The translations under genes and the position numbers were made by a program. A model generated the notes under the pieces. That model saw only the letters and a list, made by a program, of their open reading frames with translations. It was not told the DNA's origin and made no database searches. A stretch of DNA of 64,000 nucleotides from Gemmatimonadaceae bacterium (lineage in GTDB: Bacteria; Gemmatimonadota; Gemmatimonadetes; Gemmatimonadales; Gemmatimonadaceae): positions 21,562 to 85,561 of the forward strand of contig JBGAJQ010000015.1 in the NCBI GenBank assembly GCA_044224875.1, read 5' to 3'. Positions 19,971-30,378 of the stretch are shown piece after piece (within the stretch, counting starts at the first letter, position 1; every line of letters starts with the position of its first letter).

Positions 19971-22238
19971 TCACGCGGGGAGCGGTTGTGGTGTCACGAC
20001 GAGCGCCAGTTCGAGGTGCGGCGTCTCGTCGGGCTCGACGAGGTCCGGGCGACCGCCCGCCCACAGCGCCTCGAGCCGTTCTAGGCGCGCCAAGCCAGTT
20101 GGATGCGTTCGTGCCTCGGCCAAGGCATTGGCCAACGCGCGTTCGGCGCCGGCGCCGCGGGCCTGTTGTACCCAGCGTCGAAGGATCGTTAGGCGCCCGG
20201 CGGCACGTAGCCGCACGTTGCGGCGCAGGCCCACCTCTAGATCAGCGAGCAGCCGCAGCGCGGCCCTGTGCGTTGGTGAGTCCCCGACTTCCACGGCCGA
20301 CACCGCAGCACGCGCCTGTTCTCGTGACCTCCAGTCACTGAAGCGCTTGGCGACTTCGGCGAGGCAGGATGGGTCGCCCGCGGCATTACGCTCGAAGTGG
20401 TGGAGCCATCGAACGATCTCCTCCGGGTCCTCACCGACGAGCGTGGGTGTGGCGACCAGCAGTCGCGGGGGCTGTGGTCCCGTCACCAGCAACAGCGCGA
20501 TCCAGTGGGAGATGTTGGGTTGGTGAAGCACGCAGGCGGCTGGCAGCACGTGCTCCTCGAGTGCTTCGTCCGGGTGCCCGCGCCACTTGGCAAGGTGTCG
20601 TTGCATGTTCGCAGTCAGCTCGAACTGGCCACTTCCGTCGGCGGGATGAGTGCCGGACCAAGGTACCCCATGCAGCATGTCGCCGGCGCCGACCAGTCGC
20701 TGCGCTGCCGCGGCTTTCCGCTGCAGCGTCCGAATGATGCCCACCAACTCCTCGGCGCTTACCGGCAGCTCAAACGCACTCACGCCGATGGACGAATGCA
20801 AGGATTCCGGCCTCCGAAGGCGACCAACGCGCTGGTGGACACGAGCGGGCGTCCAGGGCAGGTCCACATGGAGGAGCTCTCGGAAGCGACCGAGATTGAC
20901 GCCTTCGCTCAGCAAGTCGGTAGTGATCAGGGCGTGCACGGGGAGGCGTGGGTCGGGGCGGTTGGCCGCCGCCGGATGAGCGGCGGCGAGCACGTCGTCG
21001 CGGGACAGGCGGCCGGCGCCGGTGACGCCACCCTTGGCCGTCAGCAGCATCACGCCCCGCTGTGACGGCAGGCGTCGAAAGAGCATGCGAGCGGTCTCCG
21101 TGTACTGCGTGAACGCCACCACGCCGCCCTCGTGATCGCGCTCGATGAGCGCACCAAGATGCGCGGCGCGTGCCGCATCCACGTCTGGGCCCGTCGCCAG
21201 CGCGTCCAGCGCGAGCTGCAAGCCCGTCATATGTGCGTCGAGTCGCTCCAGGAGGACTGAGGTGCCGGACGGGCTCGCCGCTGTCGCGACGACCAGTGGG
21301 GCGAATGCCAGCTGCAACGCCTCGGGGTACAATTGCCAGCTGCCCAGCTCCGCGCGGTTCGGGTAGCGGCCCTCCTGCAGGGCATCGGCAAGGGCGGCGG
21401 CACGCATCCACATGCGACGCATGGCGTGACGCAGGGCGGCCGTACTCGACATCCAGAGACGCAGCAACAGAAGCCCCAGGAGTGCGTCGGCGGCTCCGCC
21501 ATCGCTTGGCGGGACGGGCGCCGGGATGCGCGTCAGTGTCGAGAGCAGCGCCTCCCCATGGGGAAGCGTCAGCCAATGAATCGGTTCGGTCGCTGGAAGT
21601 CGCTCGGCGACGCCGAGGTCGGCTGCGGTGTGCCGGACCGTACAGCGACGGAGCACGTCGTCGGGCACGTGGTGAGCGCGGGCACCTAGGAAGAATGAGA
21701 GGAGGTGACGCACGTCGCGTTCCCGGTTGTGGAGCGGCGTGGCCGTCAGTAGCAACACGCGGGCATTCACCGTCAGGTGAACGACGGCGTCATGGCGCCT
21801 GGTCCGCGGATTCCGGAGGTGGTGTGCCTCATCGAGGATGACGAAGTCCGGTGTTTCGCGCGGCTTGTGTCCGCGACTCAGCTGTTCATAGGAGACAAAC
21901 TCAAAGGTGCGAGCGGCGCGCTGGCCTGCATCTCGCCACATCTCCCGGAGCGTCGCTGGCGCAAGGACCAGCAGTCGAACCGCGTCACGAGATGCGGCGA
22001 GCGCCGTGAAGGTCTTCCCCATGCCCACATCGTCTGCTAGCAGCGCACCGCCCAAGTGTGACAGCGCCTGCTGGATGGCGCGAAGGGCGCTTACCTGGTG
22101 CGGACGCAGGGTGATTTCTCCGAGCGTGATCGGCTCGCTTGAACAGGGGATGAGGGCGTGGGCGATACGGCGGCGGGCGTCGGACGGCGACAAGGCGCGC
22201 CATGAATACTCCGTCGCCGGCTCTAGCGAGACTGCCAC
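19971..22238 (-). CDS. SNF2-like superfamily 2 helicase/ATPase
   Basis: LLADDVGMGKT, DEAHH, TATP, TDLLSEGVNL, DLPWTP....QRVGR. Confidence 0.88.
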   Translation of the reverse strand: MAVSLEPATEYSWRALSPSDARRRIAHALIPCSSEPITLGEITLRPHQVSALRAIQQALSHLGGALLADDVGMGKTFTALAASRDAVRLLVLAPATLREMWRDAGQRAARTFEFVSYEQLSRGHKPRETPDFVILDEAHHLRNPRTRRHDAVVHLTVNARVLLLTATPLHNRERDVRHLLSFFLGARAHHVPDDVLRRCTVRHTAADLGVAERLPATEPIHWLTLPHGEALLSTLTRIPAPVPPSDGGAADALLGLLLLRLWMSSTAALRHAMRRMWMRAAALADALQEGRYPNRAELGSWQLYPEALQLAFAPLVVATAASPSGTSVLLERLDAHMTGLQLALDALATGPDVDAARAAHLGALIERDHEGGVVAFTQYTETARMLFRRLPSQRGVMLLTAKGGVTGAGRLSRDDVLAAAHPAAANRPDPRLPVHALITTDLLSEGVNLGRFRELLHVDLPWTPARVHQRVGRLRRPESLHSSIGVSAFELPVSAEELVGIIRTLQRKAAAAQRLVGAGDMLHGVPWSGTHPADGSGQFELTANMQRHLAKWRGHPDEALEEHVLPAACVLHQPNISHWIALLLVTGPQPPRLLVATPTLVGEDPEEIVRWLHHFERNAAGDPSCLAEVAKRFSDWRSREQARAAVSAVEVGDSPTHRAALRLLADLEVGLRRNVRLRAAGRLTILRRWVQQARGAGAERALANALAEARTHPTGLARLERLEALWAGGRPDLVEPDETPHLELALVVTPQPLPA

Positions 22239-25200
22239 GCGATCAGTTCGATCACGGTGGACGCGCGCACGCGAAAGGCTCGCACGGCGGCGTCAACGAG
22301 TTCCGATGGTCCAACGCGTTCGCCTCGCGACGCTCGCTCGCCCAGTGGTCCCAGTACTTCGCGGGCGCGCGCCCAATCCCGTGGTACGGGCAGCCGACCG
22401 ACCGTCCACGCCATGTAGCGATGGTATCCGCCCCGAGCCGGTTCAGCTACAACGCTCAGCCACGCCGCGGCCAGCGGTGAGTTGAGCCACGCGGCGAACG
22501 TGAAGGCGTCCATGAGGTCGCGGCAGGCGAGCACGTAACAGCTGTTCAAGGCCACCGTGGGATCTCCCGGGTTCAGGACGAGCGCACTCGGTGCCCGGCC
22601 CATGTCCGCCCAGACCACGCGCGGCTTGAGCGGAGACGTGCCCTCCAGGCGAAAGAGTGACCACCAGGTCTGCGCCCCCCGTGCGTCCGAACGACTCATC
22701 AAGCGGCGCCGCCAGGGGTTGAGCCACGTACGCGCGCCCGGGGGCAGGTCGTGTAACACGCTCCCCCCGTTCGTATGTGGGTATACGATGGCCTCGCTTC
22801 GTGCATCCCGAGCCCACGCCCTTACCGCCTCGCCCCGCAGGACGGGTCGCAACACCACGTTCTCCACGCGGCCGCGGCGCGACCCGTCGGTGACGAGCGA
22901 CTCGCCACGATCACTGTCGAGCACCCGGACCAGGTAGGCTTCGTTGCAGCCGCTCTTTACGCCGAGCGTTGGTCGCCCGAGCCCACTCCCGGCGAGCGCG
23001 ACTCCGGCGCGCGCAATACGGTCGAAGGCCGTGCGCGCGTCGGGTGGCAGGATGAGCCAGGGGGCCCCGGGGGAGTCGTCGAGGGCCACGTCGGCGCGTT
23101 GCGCGCGCCACGAAATCGCCAGGTCTCGCCGGTGGAGGCAAAGGGTCACCGGGTTGGACTCGGCGGTCGTTCCCCGCCGCACCACCACGAGGGATGGGTA
23201 CACCGCCGCGTCGAAGGATGCCGGCGCTTCGGACCAGTCTTCTAGCAGCTGCAACCGATTCCAGTCCGTGCACAGGCGTCGCACCCCGCCGCCGGCGAGC
23301 GATCGCCACAGCTTGGCCGGCACCAGCAGGGCGACGGTCCCGTCCTCACGTGCGAGGTCCACCGCGCGCTCGGTGAACAACGCGGCAAGGTCTACCTGTG
23401 CGGCGAAGCCGCGACCGGCCCCGGCGTCCGTCGCGCCGCGCTCCCAAGACGCTTCCCTGTAGACGCGGTACGTGCGCTTGAGCTCGGGGCGCACGTCGGG
23501 CGGAATGCGATGCAGCCGCACCCACGGCGGGTTGCCAAGCACCACGTCGAATCCGCCGTTGGCGGCGGCATCCGGAAAGTGCGACGGAAAGGAAAACGGT
23601 ATGGACCTCCCATCGCGAATCTCACGCAGGCGCTGGCGGCACGCCCGCGAGCGCGCCTTCAAGTCCACCAGCGCCTCTGGTTCGGCGCCCACAGCGCCGC
23701 GTCGTCCGCCAAACAGGTCCCGGCCCCGAGCGGCGACCACCAAGTCCCGCCGTTGGGCTGCCAGCGATTCGATCGTCGCCATCAACACGCGTTCTGCGCT
23801 CATCTGCACGTGCCGGTCCAGGGATCGGCCCAAGGCACGCTTTCGAGCACCGACACTCCTGGCGTACCGCAGGTGCAACCGGCTCATGGTGGCGGTGGCG
23901 CGCTGATCCGGCCGCCAGGTGTCGAACGCCGGCGCGCGGATGGTGTCGCCAACGCGCACGTTGTGGTCCAGGTTGGGCAGGGCGGGGACCGACATCGGGT
24001 CCGTGACGGTGCACTCGAGAACGACCGACAGCCACAACCGCAGCTCGCACAGCCACACGGCCGTCGGATGCAGGTCCACACCGTAGATGTTCCGCGCGAC
24101 GATCCGGGCGCGGCGTGTAGTCTCGTCCACGGGGTCACCGGCGACACGTGCGTAAGCGGAGAGGCGCTCCAAGGCGTGCACCAGGAAGGCGCCAGACCCG
24201 CACGCCGGATCGAGCACACGAATGGCAGTCACGGCGTCGGACAGTGTCCGTGACATGACCGCATCCAGCGAGCCACCGCGAACCGCGGCTTCCACCGCGT
24301 CCACGTCCACACCGCGCGCACCTAACGAATCGCGGAACGCGGCATCGGTGACCCGTTCCACCAATGCTTGCGGCGTGTAGAACGTCCCCGTGGTCCGTCG
24401 TTCGTCCGAGGCCATCAGCGACTCAAAAGCCCTTCCGAGCATCTCTGGGTCGATGGCCAGCTCCGACCATCCCGCGTCATCCTCCCGCGACGTGAAGCGG
24501 TACCTGAACAGCACGTCTTCGCCGAGTGACGCCAGGTCGTCATCCGAGAAGCGCGTGCCACGATAGCGCACCTCGAGCGGGGTGCGCTGAAACAACCCGC
24601 CGTTGAGGAATGGCACGCGACCAAAAGCTTTGGCGGCCGGCGCACGGCGTGACGGTGGTGTGTTCAGCGTCCCAAAGAAGAGCGGCTCTAAGACGCGCCG
24701 CTGTACGCTGTCGCCGGCAGCGAGGCACGCGTCCAAGGCCCGGCTCAGAAAGGTGCGATCGCCGTTCAACCATCCACGCCCCTCCAAAAATCCGAGGAAC
24801 AGGAGCCGAGAGGTCGTTAGGAGCGACAACTCGCGCCGAACGTTCGGTGGTGCGTTTCCCCTCGCGTTGGAGGCGAGTCGATCCACGGCGCGTTCCAACG
24901 AGCGGTAGAAGCGCTGTGACAGGGCTTCCCGACCCAGGATCTCACGCCATCGTGCGTGAACGATGCGATCGTCGCCGCGCGATGCGGCACAGAGGGCGCC
25001 GAACGACTCGACATCGCTTTCGGTGACATGGTCGCGAGCGACCAGAAGGGCGGAGACGGCCGGCGTGGGAGTGGTCGCACTCCAGCAGGCCAGCCCGAGC
25101 GCGTCATCTCCGTGCGTCACCAGCAACCATAGAAGGTGCGGCGCTCGCGCGGCCATGCGCCGCGCGATTCTGACGAGGACATCGCGCGTCGGTGCTTCTT

Positions 25201-25405
25201 GAAGTTGAACGACAATGGCACGAAGGGCTCCTCGGCCACGCGCTATGCCGGCCTGAGAAATGTCCTCCGGTAGTCCAACAGCTGCTCTCGTGTGTTCATC
25301 CGCGGGATGCGGCGCTGGGAAGCCTAGGGCAGCGAGGAGGGACGGCATACCTGACGGCGTGGTGGCGCCATGAAGGGCGTCTCTGAGTTCGGCGAGAGTC
25401 GGCAC
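22223..25405 (-). CDS. Large N6-adenine DNA methyltransferase (Eco57I/Type IIG-like), no clear nuclease motif
   Basis: PFLNGGLF, GTFYTP, VLDPACGSGAFL, GFDVVLGNPPW; C-terminal TRD-like region. Confidence 0.88.
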   Translation of the reverse strand: MPTLAELRDALHGATTPSGMPSLLAALGFPAPHPADEHTRAAVGLPEDISQAGIARGRGALRAIVVQLQEAPTRDVLVRIARRMAARAPHLLWLLVTHGDDALGLACWSATTPTPAVSALLVARDHVTESDVESFGALCAASRGDDRIVHARWREILGREALSQRFYRSLERAVDRLASNARGNAPPNVRRELSLLTTSRLLFLGFLEGRGWLNGDRTFLSRALDACLAAGDSVQRRVLEPLFFGTLNTPPSRRAPAAKAFGRVPFLNGGLFQRTPLEVRYRGTRFSDDDLASLGEDVLFRYRFTSREDDAGWSELAIDPEMLGRAFESLMASDERRTTGTFYTPQALVERVTDAAFRDSLGARGVDVDAVEAAVRGGSLDAVMSRTLSDAVTAIRVLDPACGSGAFLVHALERLSAYARVAGDPVDETTRRARIVARNIYGVDLHPTAVWLCELRLWLSVVLECTVTDPMSVPALPNLDHNVRVGDTIRAPAFDTWRPDQRATATMSRLHLRYARSVGARKRALGRSLDRHVQMSAERVLMATIESLAAQRRDLVVAARGRDLFGGRRGAVGAEPEALVDLKARSRACRQRLREIRDGRSIPFSFPSHFPDAAANGGFDVVLGNPPWVRLHRIPPDVRPELKRTYRVYREASWERGATDAGAGRGFAAQVDLAALFTERAVDLAREDGTVALLVPAKLWRSLAGGGVRRLCTDWNRLQLLEDWSEAPASFDAAVYPSLVVVRRGTTAESNPVTLCLHRRDLAISWRAQRADVALDDSPGAPWLILPPDARTAFDRIARAGVALAGSGLGRPTLGVKSGCNEAYLVRVLDSDRGESLVTDGSRRGRVENVVLRPVLRGEAVRAWARDARSEAIVYPHTNGGSVLHDLPPGARTWLNPWRRRLMSRSDARGAQTWWSLFRLEGTSPLKPRVVWADMGRAPSALVLNPGDPTVALNSCYVLACRDLMDAFTFAAWLNSPLAAAWLSVVAEPARGGYHRYMAWTVGRLPVPRDWARAREVLGPLGERASRGERVGPSELVDAAVRAFRVRASTVIELIAWQSR

Positions 25406-25609
25406 CCAGCGAGGCTACCAGCGCGGGTCGCGTACGCCGTCATCGTCCGAACGCACCCCACAGCGAAATCACGCGCGGCTCCAACGGTCGCCATCGCGGT
25501 AGTGCGAGAAGAGGCCCTAGGCTCGCCTCTCGGCCACCGTCAGGTTATCGTCGAGAGGTCCGGTGCTGCGGGATTCCCCGCATTGTCCGTCGTACCCGCT
25601 TCGATCGCC

Positions 25610-26665
25610 ATGTCCAAACGACCCTGGTCGATGGATCAACATCCGCTCCTGCGGCTGGCCTCGTACTACGTGGCGCTGGCCATCGCGTCCACACTGCTGT
25701 GGCTCGCCTTGCCGGACGCGCTGGAGGCCGTGCTCAGGAAGGCGATGGCCCCGCTCCTTGGCACCACCCCTGAGAGTGTCTTGAGCGGCGGATCGTTGTT
25801 GGACACGCCGCAGCCGGCGCTGCCGTCGTTGGCGCCGGCGTTGGTCGCCGTGATGACGCTCGCCGCAGGCGTGTCCGCCTTCGCGTTGTCCCTGCCGGTG
25901 GCGTGGGTGTACATGTTCACGCGCCAGCGGAAAGGCTACTCGCAGTCCGTGGTGCAGGCGTTGGTACTGATGCCTGTGGTCATTGCCGTCATCGCGGCCC
26001 TGGTGCGCAATAGCATTGCGCTGGCGTTCTCGCTCGCCGGGATCATTTCGGCCGTCCGTTTCCGCACGACACTCGATGACAGCAAGGATGCCGTGTTCAT
26101 GTTTGTCGTGACGGCGTTAGGCCTGGCGTGCGGCGTACAGCTGGAGGTAGCGGCCGTGCTGTCCGTGATGTTCGTGATCATCACGCTGTCCTTCTGGTTC
26201 ACCGACTTTGCGCGCACGCCACCGGCGCTGGAAGGTTCCATGGCGGAGCGGCGATTGGCCAAGGCGATGGCGATGGCCAATCGTACCAGTCAGTTTGTGG
26301 CGCGGCTCGACCATGAGATCATCGAGTCGATGGCGCCGGCGCAGCTCGATTCGTTGGCGGCGCGAGTCGATCGGCGTCGCAAGGAGCTGCACACGGATGC
26401 CGAGCCCGAAGAAGGGCCGCGATACGATGGGCGGCTCAAGGTGACGGTTGCCGATCCAGCGATCGCACAGCCGGTCGTCGAGGCGGTGTTGGCCGCTCAG
26501 CTCAAACGCTGGAAGCAAGTGCGCGTAGACCGGCGGGACACCGACGCGGACATGGTGTATGCCGTCCGCCTCAAACGAGGGCAGTCCCTGGCCGAGTTGA
26601 AGGACATTGTCGCGCGGGATGCCGCGCCGCACGTCAACTCAGCCGAAGCGGGGGCTTGGTTGTGA
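25610..26665 (+). CDS. DUF4956 family membrane protein (paralog of 4672-5709)
   Basis: NSIALAFSLAGIISAVRFRTTLDDSKD; shared RKG(Y/F).QS.V and W..DFAR motifs. Confidence 0.85.
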   Translation: MSKRPWSMDQHPLLRLASYYVALAIASTLLWLALPDALEAVLRKAMAPLLGTTPESVLSGGSLLDTPQPALPSLAPALVAVMTLAAGVSAFALSLPVAWVYMFTRQRKGYSQSVVQALVLMPVVIAVIAALVRNSIALAFSLAGIISAVRFRTTLDDSKDAVFMFVVTALGLACGVQLEVAAVLSVMFVIITLSFWFTDFARTPPALEGSMAERRLAKAMAMANRTSQFVARLDHEIIESMAPAQLDSLAARVDRRRKELHTDAEPEEGPRYDGRLKVTVADPAIAQPVVEAVLAAQLKRWKQVRVDRRDTDADMVYAVRLKRGQSLAELKDIVARDAAPHVNSAEAGAWL

Positions 26666-27831
26666 TCCGCCTGTTCCTGGTACTCGCTGTCCTGTGCCTC
26701 AACACCACGAGCGGCGCGCAGGATACTTCGCGCGCGGCCAAGGCGGCCAAGGGCGCGAAGGCCCCGAAGGGAGAGAAAGGAGCGAAACGCGACACCACCA
26801 CTGGCGAGCCGAAACAGAAGTCGATTCCGACGGAAGAGCAGATAGCAGCTCGACGGCGTGAGGCCGAGGCACTTCCACTGTTCGCGTCCACCGAGGTGCT
26901 GCCGTTCACGCTGATCGCCAACTTCAAGGCGTTGTCCAAGGATCGCGACACGCTTTCCACCAAGCGCTTCCCCGCGAAGCTGATTGTGGCTGGCGGCAAT
27001 GCCACCAATGATACGCTCGACGTCAACCTGCGCACGCGCGGGCACTACCGCTTGGCCAAGTGCACGTTCGCGCCCCTGCGCGTGGAGTTTCCCAAGAAGA
27101 GTGCCAAGGCTACTCCCTTCGAGGGCCAGAAGGCGTTGAAGCTGGGGACGCATTGCGCCGACAACGATCTTATGGAGCAGTACGTGCTCCGCGAGTACCT
27201 GGCTTATCGCGTGCATGCCTTGGTGTCGCCCCTCGCCTTTCGCGTGCGCTTGGCCAAGGCCACCTATGTAGACTCGGCATCCGGGAAGGTGGTCGACTCG
27301 CGTTACGCGATGTTTGTGGAAAACGAGGATCACATGGCGGCGCGCGCCTCGAGTTTCATCCAGGAGGCGCGCGGCGCGTCATTCGAGGACGTGGATCAGG
27401 ATGCGCTCCTGACACTGACGCTGTTCGAGTACATGATCGGCAACACGGACTTTTCGATATACGCGCTGCACAACGTTCGATTGATCCAGTCGCTCGGCGG
27501 GACGGTTCGCCCGGTGCCGTACGACTTCGACTTCTCGGGACTCGTCGCCACCCGGTACAGCATGCCGGACCCCAAGCTCCCCATCAAGTCCGTTCGCGAG
27601 CGTCTCTACCGTGGACCCTGCAAGACCGTCGAGGAGTGGGCGCCCACGATCGCGCGTTTCCGCGCCTCTCGCGATCAGGTGATGTCCCTGTATCCGAGCG
27701 TCCCGGGACTCGACAAGAGCTACCAGCGGGATGCGCAGGACTACCTGCAACAGTTCTACCAGTTCCTCGATCGTCCGCGCGACCTCCGCGCAGAGTTGGT
27801 GGAGAACTGCAATCGCAAGTCAGCCGTCTAA
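26662..27831 (+). CDS. Secreted CotH-like kinase-fold protein
   Basis: Signal peptide; RTRG, KLGTHC, REYLAY, IGNTD...HN...PYDFD motifs; GTGA overlap with upstream gene. Confidence 0.65.
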   Translation: MIRLFLVLAVLCLNTTSGAQDTSRAAKAAKGAKAPKGEKGAKRDTTTGEPKQKSIPTEEQIAARRREAEALPLFASTEVLPFTLIANFKALSKDRDTLSTKRFPAKLIVAGGNATNDTLDVNLRTRGHYRLAKCTFAPLRVEFPKKSAKATPFEGQKALKLGTHCADNDLMEQYVLREYLAYRVHALVSPLAFRVRLAKATYVDSASGKVVDSRYAMFVENEDHMAARASSFIQEARGASFEDVDQDALLTLTLFEYMIGNTDFSIYALHNVRLIQSLGGTVRPVPYDFDFSGLVATRYSMPDPKLPIKSVRERLYRGPCKTVEEWAPTIARFRASRDQVMSLYPSVPGLDKSYQRDAQDYLQQFYQFLDRPRDLRAELVENCNRKSAV

Positions 27832-27834
27832 GCC

Positions 27835-29091
27835 CTACGACGTTGGCGTCGACTTCGGCCGCTCGCGGCCAAGCACGGAGGCGACTGCCATGTCGCCGGT
27901 CACGTTGGTCGCGGTGCGAAACATGTCGGGGATGGTGTCGACGCCCAACAGAATGCCCAGGCCTGCGACGTCGATGTGCGCGGCCATGAGCACCGGCGCC
28001 ATGATGACGATGGAACCGGCAGGGATGCCGGGCACGCTGAAGGTCGCGACCACGACGGTGAGCACGATGGTCGCCAGGTCGGTGGCGCCTAACGGAACCC
28101 CGTATAGATGCGCAAGAAACACGACGCCGATCACTTGACCGACCGCTCCTCCCACCCGATAGGTCGAAGCCGCCAGCGGCAACAGGAACGACACCACCTC
28201 CTCGCGCAGGCCGAGTCGCGTGCGGGCGCTCTCCATCATGGCGGGGAGTGCGGCCAGTGAGCTTCGGGCGCTGAGCGCCACGGCTTGCGGTGGCAAGGCC
28301 GCGCGCGCAAAGACGCTCAAGGGCAGGCGGCCGCCGACGGCGGCGAGCGGGTAGAGCACCAGGACGGCGAAGAGGACCGAGAGCGCCATCACCAGCAGGA
28401 TGTAGTAGGCGACGGCACCAGCGGCGGACACGCCCATGCGCGCGGCGAGCGGCAAGGCGAGCGCAAAAACGCCGATTGGGGCTGTGTGGAGAATCCAGCG
28501 AACCAACGTCAGCGACGCTTGGGCTATGCCGTCAAAGGTGCGAACGAGTGGCTCTCGGCGGTCCGCGCTCAGGCGCCCGATCGCCAGGCCAAACACCAGC
28601 GAAAAGACGATGAGCGGAAGCATCGCTCCATCCGCTGCGGCCTTCACGGGATTCACCGGAACCAGGTCCACCAGCCATTGCGAGAAGGTCGGGATCTTCC
28701 GGGCCGTCTCGACCGCGGTGCTTGCCGCGGCGGCCGCTCCAGAGGTGAAGGTCGAGCGCGCTGCCTCACTGATGGGGTACAGCTGCATCAGTGGTGGTGT
28801 GACGAGGGCGGCGTACGTGGCCCCAAGCACGAGCGTGATGACGAACAGCCCCAACGCCCTCGCCCCCAACCGACCGATGACGCGTGGATCGGGCGCCGAG
28901 GCCACCCCGGTGACCAGCGACCCGACGACCAACGGCACCACGGTCATGCGAATAGCGTTGATGAATATGGTTCCCACCGGCTCTATGCCGGTGGCTAAGG
29001 CCACCAGGCGTTCAGAACCGGAGGCCGACGCCACGACGCCCAGCGCCATGCCGGCGATCAACGCGATGAGTACCTTGGTCGTCAGGGACAC
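27835..29091 (-). CDS. Dicarboxylate/amino acid:cation symporter (DAACS family)
   Basis: IRMTVVPLV, RSSLAALP, GVDTIPDMFRTATNVTGD. Confidence 0.9.
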   Translation of the reverse strand: MSLTTKVLIALIAGMALGVVASASGSERLVALATGIEPVGTIFINAIRMTVVPLVVGSLVTGVASAPDPRVIGRLGARALGLFVITLVLGATYAALVTPPLMQLYPISEAARSTFTSGAAAAASTAVETARKIPTFSQWLVDLVPVNPVKAAADGAMLPLIVFSLVFGLAIGRLSADRREPLVRTFDGIAQASLTLVRWILHTAPIGVFALALPLAARMGVSAAGAVAYYILLVMALSVLFAVLVLYPLAAVGGRLPLSVFARAALPPQAVALSARSSLAALPAMMESARTRLGLREEVVSFLLPLAASTYRVGGAVGQVIGVVFLAHLYGVPLGATDLATIVLTVVVATFSVPGIPAGSIVIMAPVLMAAHIDVAGLGILLGVDTIPDMFRTATNVTGDMAVASVLGRERPKSTPTS

Positions 29092-29192
29092 GTGCCGAAG
29101 GTACCGCGCGTCGTCGTGACACGCGAGACGCGTGAATTGCGCGCTGGTGGGTGCGTCGCCAGCTTTCCTCGTCCCTTCACCCGTCGATCGAC

Positions 29193-29549
29193 ATGCCGCA
29201 CAAGACGTACGCTGACCTCGTCGCCGAAGCAAAGCGCACGATCGCTGAAGTCACCCCACAGGAGACGATGCAATTGCGCGGCGACCCCAGGACCGTGATC
29301 GTCGACTGCCGGGAGCCTAACGAATTCAACCTCGGCGCGATCCCCGGGGCATACCTGATTCCGCGTGGCCTCATCGAGCAGAACATCGAAGGGGCGGCAA
29401 CCCGCGACCGCAAGGTCATCCTCTACTGTGCCAGTGGCAACCGATCGGCGCTGGCCGCGGTGACGTTGCGATCCATGGGGTACGAGGACGTTGCGTCCAT
29501 GAGCTCTGGGTTTCGCGGCTGGGTGGAAGCTGGCGGTGAGGTCGACTGA
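29193..29549 (+). CDS. Rhodanese-like domain protein
   Basis: DCREPNEF..G.IPGA, YCASGNRS, GFRGW. Confidence 0.9.
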   Translation: MPHKTYADLVAEAKRTIAEVTPQETMQLRGDPRTVIVDCREPNEFNLGAIPGAYLIPRGLIEQNIEGAATRDRKVILYCASGNRSALAAVTLRSMGYEDVASMSSGFRGWVEAGGEVD

Positions 29550-29569
29550 CAACGTCATGGCGGGCCCCG

Positions 29570-30169
29570 GTGACTGAGCCGTCGACGGGTCACCCCCAAC
29601 TCCAGCGCATTCGACGGGCGCTTGCCGACCGGCCTGGACAGCTCATTGACGTCTCTGGCGCGCCGGCACGTGCCGCCGTCGCCCTCGTGTTTCGAGCTGC
29701 CGGAGATGACCTCGAAGTGTTGTTCATTCGCCGCGCCGAACGCGTTGGCGATCCGTGGAGCGGACAGATGGCACTCCCGGGAGGACGCTTCGATGCCACC
29801 GATGCCGACCTGATGGAAACGGCGATTCGCGAAACGTGGGAGGAGACGGCCGTTGACCTCCGCACGCTCGGCGAAGTGCTAGGCACACTGGACGAGTTGC
29901 ATCCGCGCACGCCCGTGCTGCCACCCATCGTGATCCGGCCGTACGTGTTTGCGCTGACGGGTCCGGCCTCCATTGCCCTGAGCGCCGAAGTCGCCGAAGT
30001 CTATTGGGTGCCTCTCCGCGTCCTACAGGATCCTGACGTCACACGCGAGAGCGTCGTCAGCCCGCGCGGCGAACCATGGCGCGTCCAGTCCTTCGTGGTG
30101 CACGACCAGGTTGTGTGGGGGCTGACGGAGCGCATCCTTCGCAACCTGCTGGCCATGATTGCCACATGA
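29570..30169 (+). CDS. Nudix hydrolase, CoA pyrophosphatase type
   Basis: SGQMALPGG, TAIRETWEE, VWGLT. Confidence 0.9.
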   Translation: MTEPSTGHPQLQRIRRALADRPGQLIDVSGAPARAAVALVFRAAGDDLEVLFIRRAERVGDPWSGQMALPGGRFDATDADLMETAIRETWEETAVDLRTLGEVLGTLDELHPRTPVLPPIVIRPYVFALTGPASIALSAEVAEVYWVPLRVLQDPDVTRESVVSPRGEPWRVQSFVVHDQVVWGLTERILRNLLAMIAT

Positions 30170-30378
30170 CCCGGGCACGGACGCCACGGCCGTGCTTCAT
30201 TTGCGTTCCCTGGCCGTCTGCGGCCGAGCGACGCACCTGGCGGCGGGCATTTGCCGGTGAGGTCCGTGGTCACGAAAGCGGTAGCGAGTCCGTTGCACTC
30301 GAATTCCTCGCCGCGCGCAAGCCGCACAGGTACTCCGGTGCCTGCAGAGCGCGGATTCTCCCCTTCACCTGAACGCCC

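Noticed and set aside
19971..25405. Complete DISARM or BREX system
   Set aside because: No drmA/B/C, brxC, pglZ or brxL homologs recognisable nearby
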